Under the pieces are notes generated by a model. That model was not told where the DNA came from. It made no database searches and was given only the letters and a program-made list of their open reading frames with translations. Source: Octopus sinensis (taxonomy: Eukaryota). From it: a stretch of 53,563 bases of DNA. Of the stretch, positions 51,765 to 53,563 are shown in pieces; within the stretch, counting starts at the first letter, position 1; each line of letters starts with the position of its first letter. A program made the position numbers and the translations under genes. The DNA lies in the NCBI RefSeq assembly GCF_006345805.1, contig NW_021833853.1, positions 1 through 53,563 of the forward strand, written 5' to 3'.

Positions 51765-51900
51765 TGAAAATGTGGCACTGATGGAAGTCAAAGGAACACA
51801 CAGAAATAGAGGAGCTTCATGCAGGGTCAGTACCGTTTCAGTTGAAACGACAGAATGCATTCAGGAGAATGGATACACATACTTAGGAATACTAGAAGTC
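51765..51900 (+). mobile_element. Possible Dong/R4-type RT fragment
   Basis: ENGYTYLGILE resembles the Y.YLGILE motif of R4/Dong RT. Confidence 0.35.
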
Positions 51901-52239
51901 GTGAAAAGGAACGCAGTGGACTGCTGCCTAACTGCTGCACATTCGCACCTTCATCAGTTGTCAATCAAATAGCATAACAATTTCGAAAACTTCCGACAAC
52001 ATAGTTCAGTTCGGCGATGTAAACCAATTGAACAATTGAACAGACAAAGGAAACAACGGGATACGAATAATATGAGATGAGGTTTCCCAACTGAACAATA
52101 ATGAAAGACGAGTTGTGAGGAGACTGGAGGGAGAATATATAAAACGGAAGAAACAAATAAGCAACGACCGTAACAGAAAAAAATTACAAACTACTCAGAG
52201 AGACACTCGACTCTCTCTCACACACTCTTTCTCTCTCTG

Positions 52240-52615
<376 letters not shown>

Positions 52616-53098
52616 GACATACACACACTCACAACACACATACATTCTCACACATATACGTACAGAAAGGGTGAGAGATAGAGGGGAGAGCAAGAAGAAG
52701 AGTGAGAGAGAGGGAGAGAGAGAGAGAGAGAGAACTGTCAGGGGTATATTTTTGGCCAGATATTTGGAAAGGGAATAAAGATTTGAACAAAATAAGTACG
52801 TAACATTAATTTTATAACGGATAAACGAATAGGTACGTAAACAGAAGCATGATCGCTTTTGGTTCTCAACCCGGAGCACATTGAGCCCGTAAATTGATAA
52901 ACACAGCAAGAATTTTAAAGAAATTCTAGTTCGGTGCCAAATTCAATGGAGATTAGAAGCATAATGTGTCAACGATTAATCTGTCGGACTTTTCAGCCAG
53001 TAACTTAAGCATCTGAGCAAACAGCAAGTCGTCAGCCGGGTCATCAACCTTCTTGCCTTCTCACTTTAATCCATCTAGCTACCCGCACATACACCTAG

Positions 53099-53563
53099 TT
53101 CTTCTTCTTCTTCTTCTTCTTCTTCTTCTTCTTTCTTCTCCTTCTCCTCCTCCTGCTCCTGCTCCTGCACCTCCTCCTTCTTCTTCTATTTCTTTCTTCT
53201 TCTTCTTCTTCTTCTTCTTCTTCTTCTTCTCCTCCTCCTTCTTCTTCTTCTTCTTCTTCTTCTTTCTTCTCCTCCTCCTCCTTCTTCTTTTTCTTCTTCT
53301 TTTTCTTCCTCTTCTTTCTTCTTCTCTTTCTCCTCTTCCTGCTCCTGCTCTTGCTCCTCCTGCTCCTCCTCCTTCTTTTTTCTTCTTCCCCTTCTCCTTC
53401 TCCTCCTCTCCTCCTCCTCCTCCTCTTCTTCTTCTTCTTCTTCTTCTTTCTTCTCCTCCTCCTCCTCTTCTTTTTCTTCTTCTTTTTCTTCTTTTTCTTC
53501 TTCTTTCTTCTTCTTTTCTCCTTCCCCCTCTTCCTGCTCCTGCTCTTGCTCCTCCTGCTCCTG
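53099..53563. repeat. Polypyrimidine (CTT/CTC)n tract running off the window end
   Basis: About 465 bp of almost only C/T with occasional CTGCTC units. Confidence 0.95.

Overview
AT-rich, repeat-dominated animal genomic DNA, very likely from an octopus (inferred from the SINE families and the extreme microsatellite load; not database-checked). No host protein-coding gene can be supported, and most ORF-track entries are translations of (TA)n/(CA)n/(TCTA)n/(CAC)n/(ATT)n tracts. Retroelements: an L1/Tx1-type LINE 3' end (1-1262); a Penelope-like element with an inverted second arm and a putative type I hammerhead ribozyme (about 4400-7100); a CR1-type LINE 3' fragment; Dong/R4-type fragments; an array of three roughly 550-bp non-coding retroposons in an (ATT)n tract; and about 30 tRNA-derived SINE copies or fragments from about four families. 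DNA transposons: five Tc1/mariner derivatives and a HINE/Helentron-like element. Best leads: (i) the Penelope inversion junction creates an ATG in front of an intact stand-alone GIY-YIG ORF; (ii) two LINE-SINE shared-tail pairs are both visible in this window; (iii) an (ATT)n insertion hotspot; (iv) a 311-bp near-perfect palindrome and fold-back copies beside a Tc1 end; (v) a nested foldback element with a tRNA-like core. Coordinates were counted by eye, so repeat boundaries are approximate.
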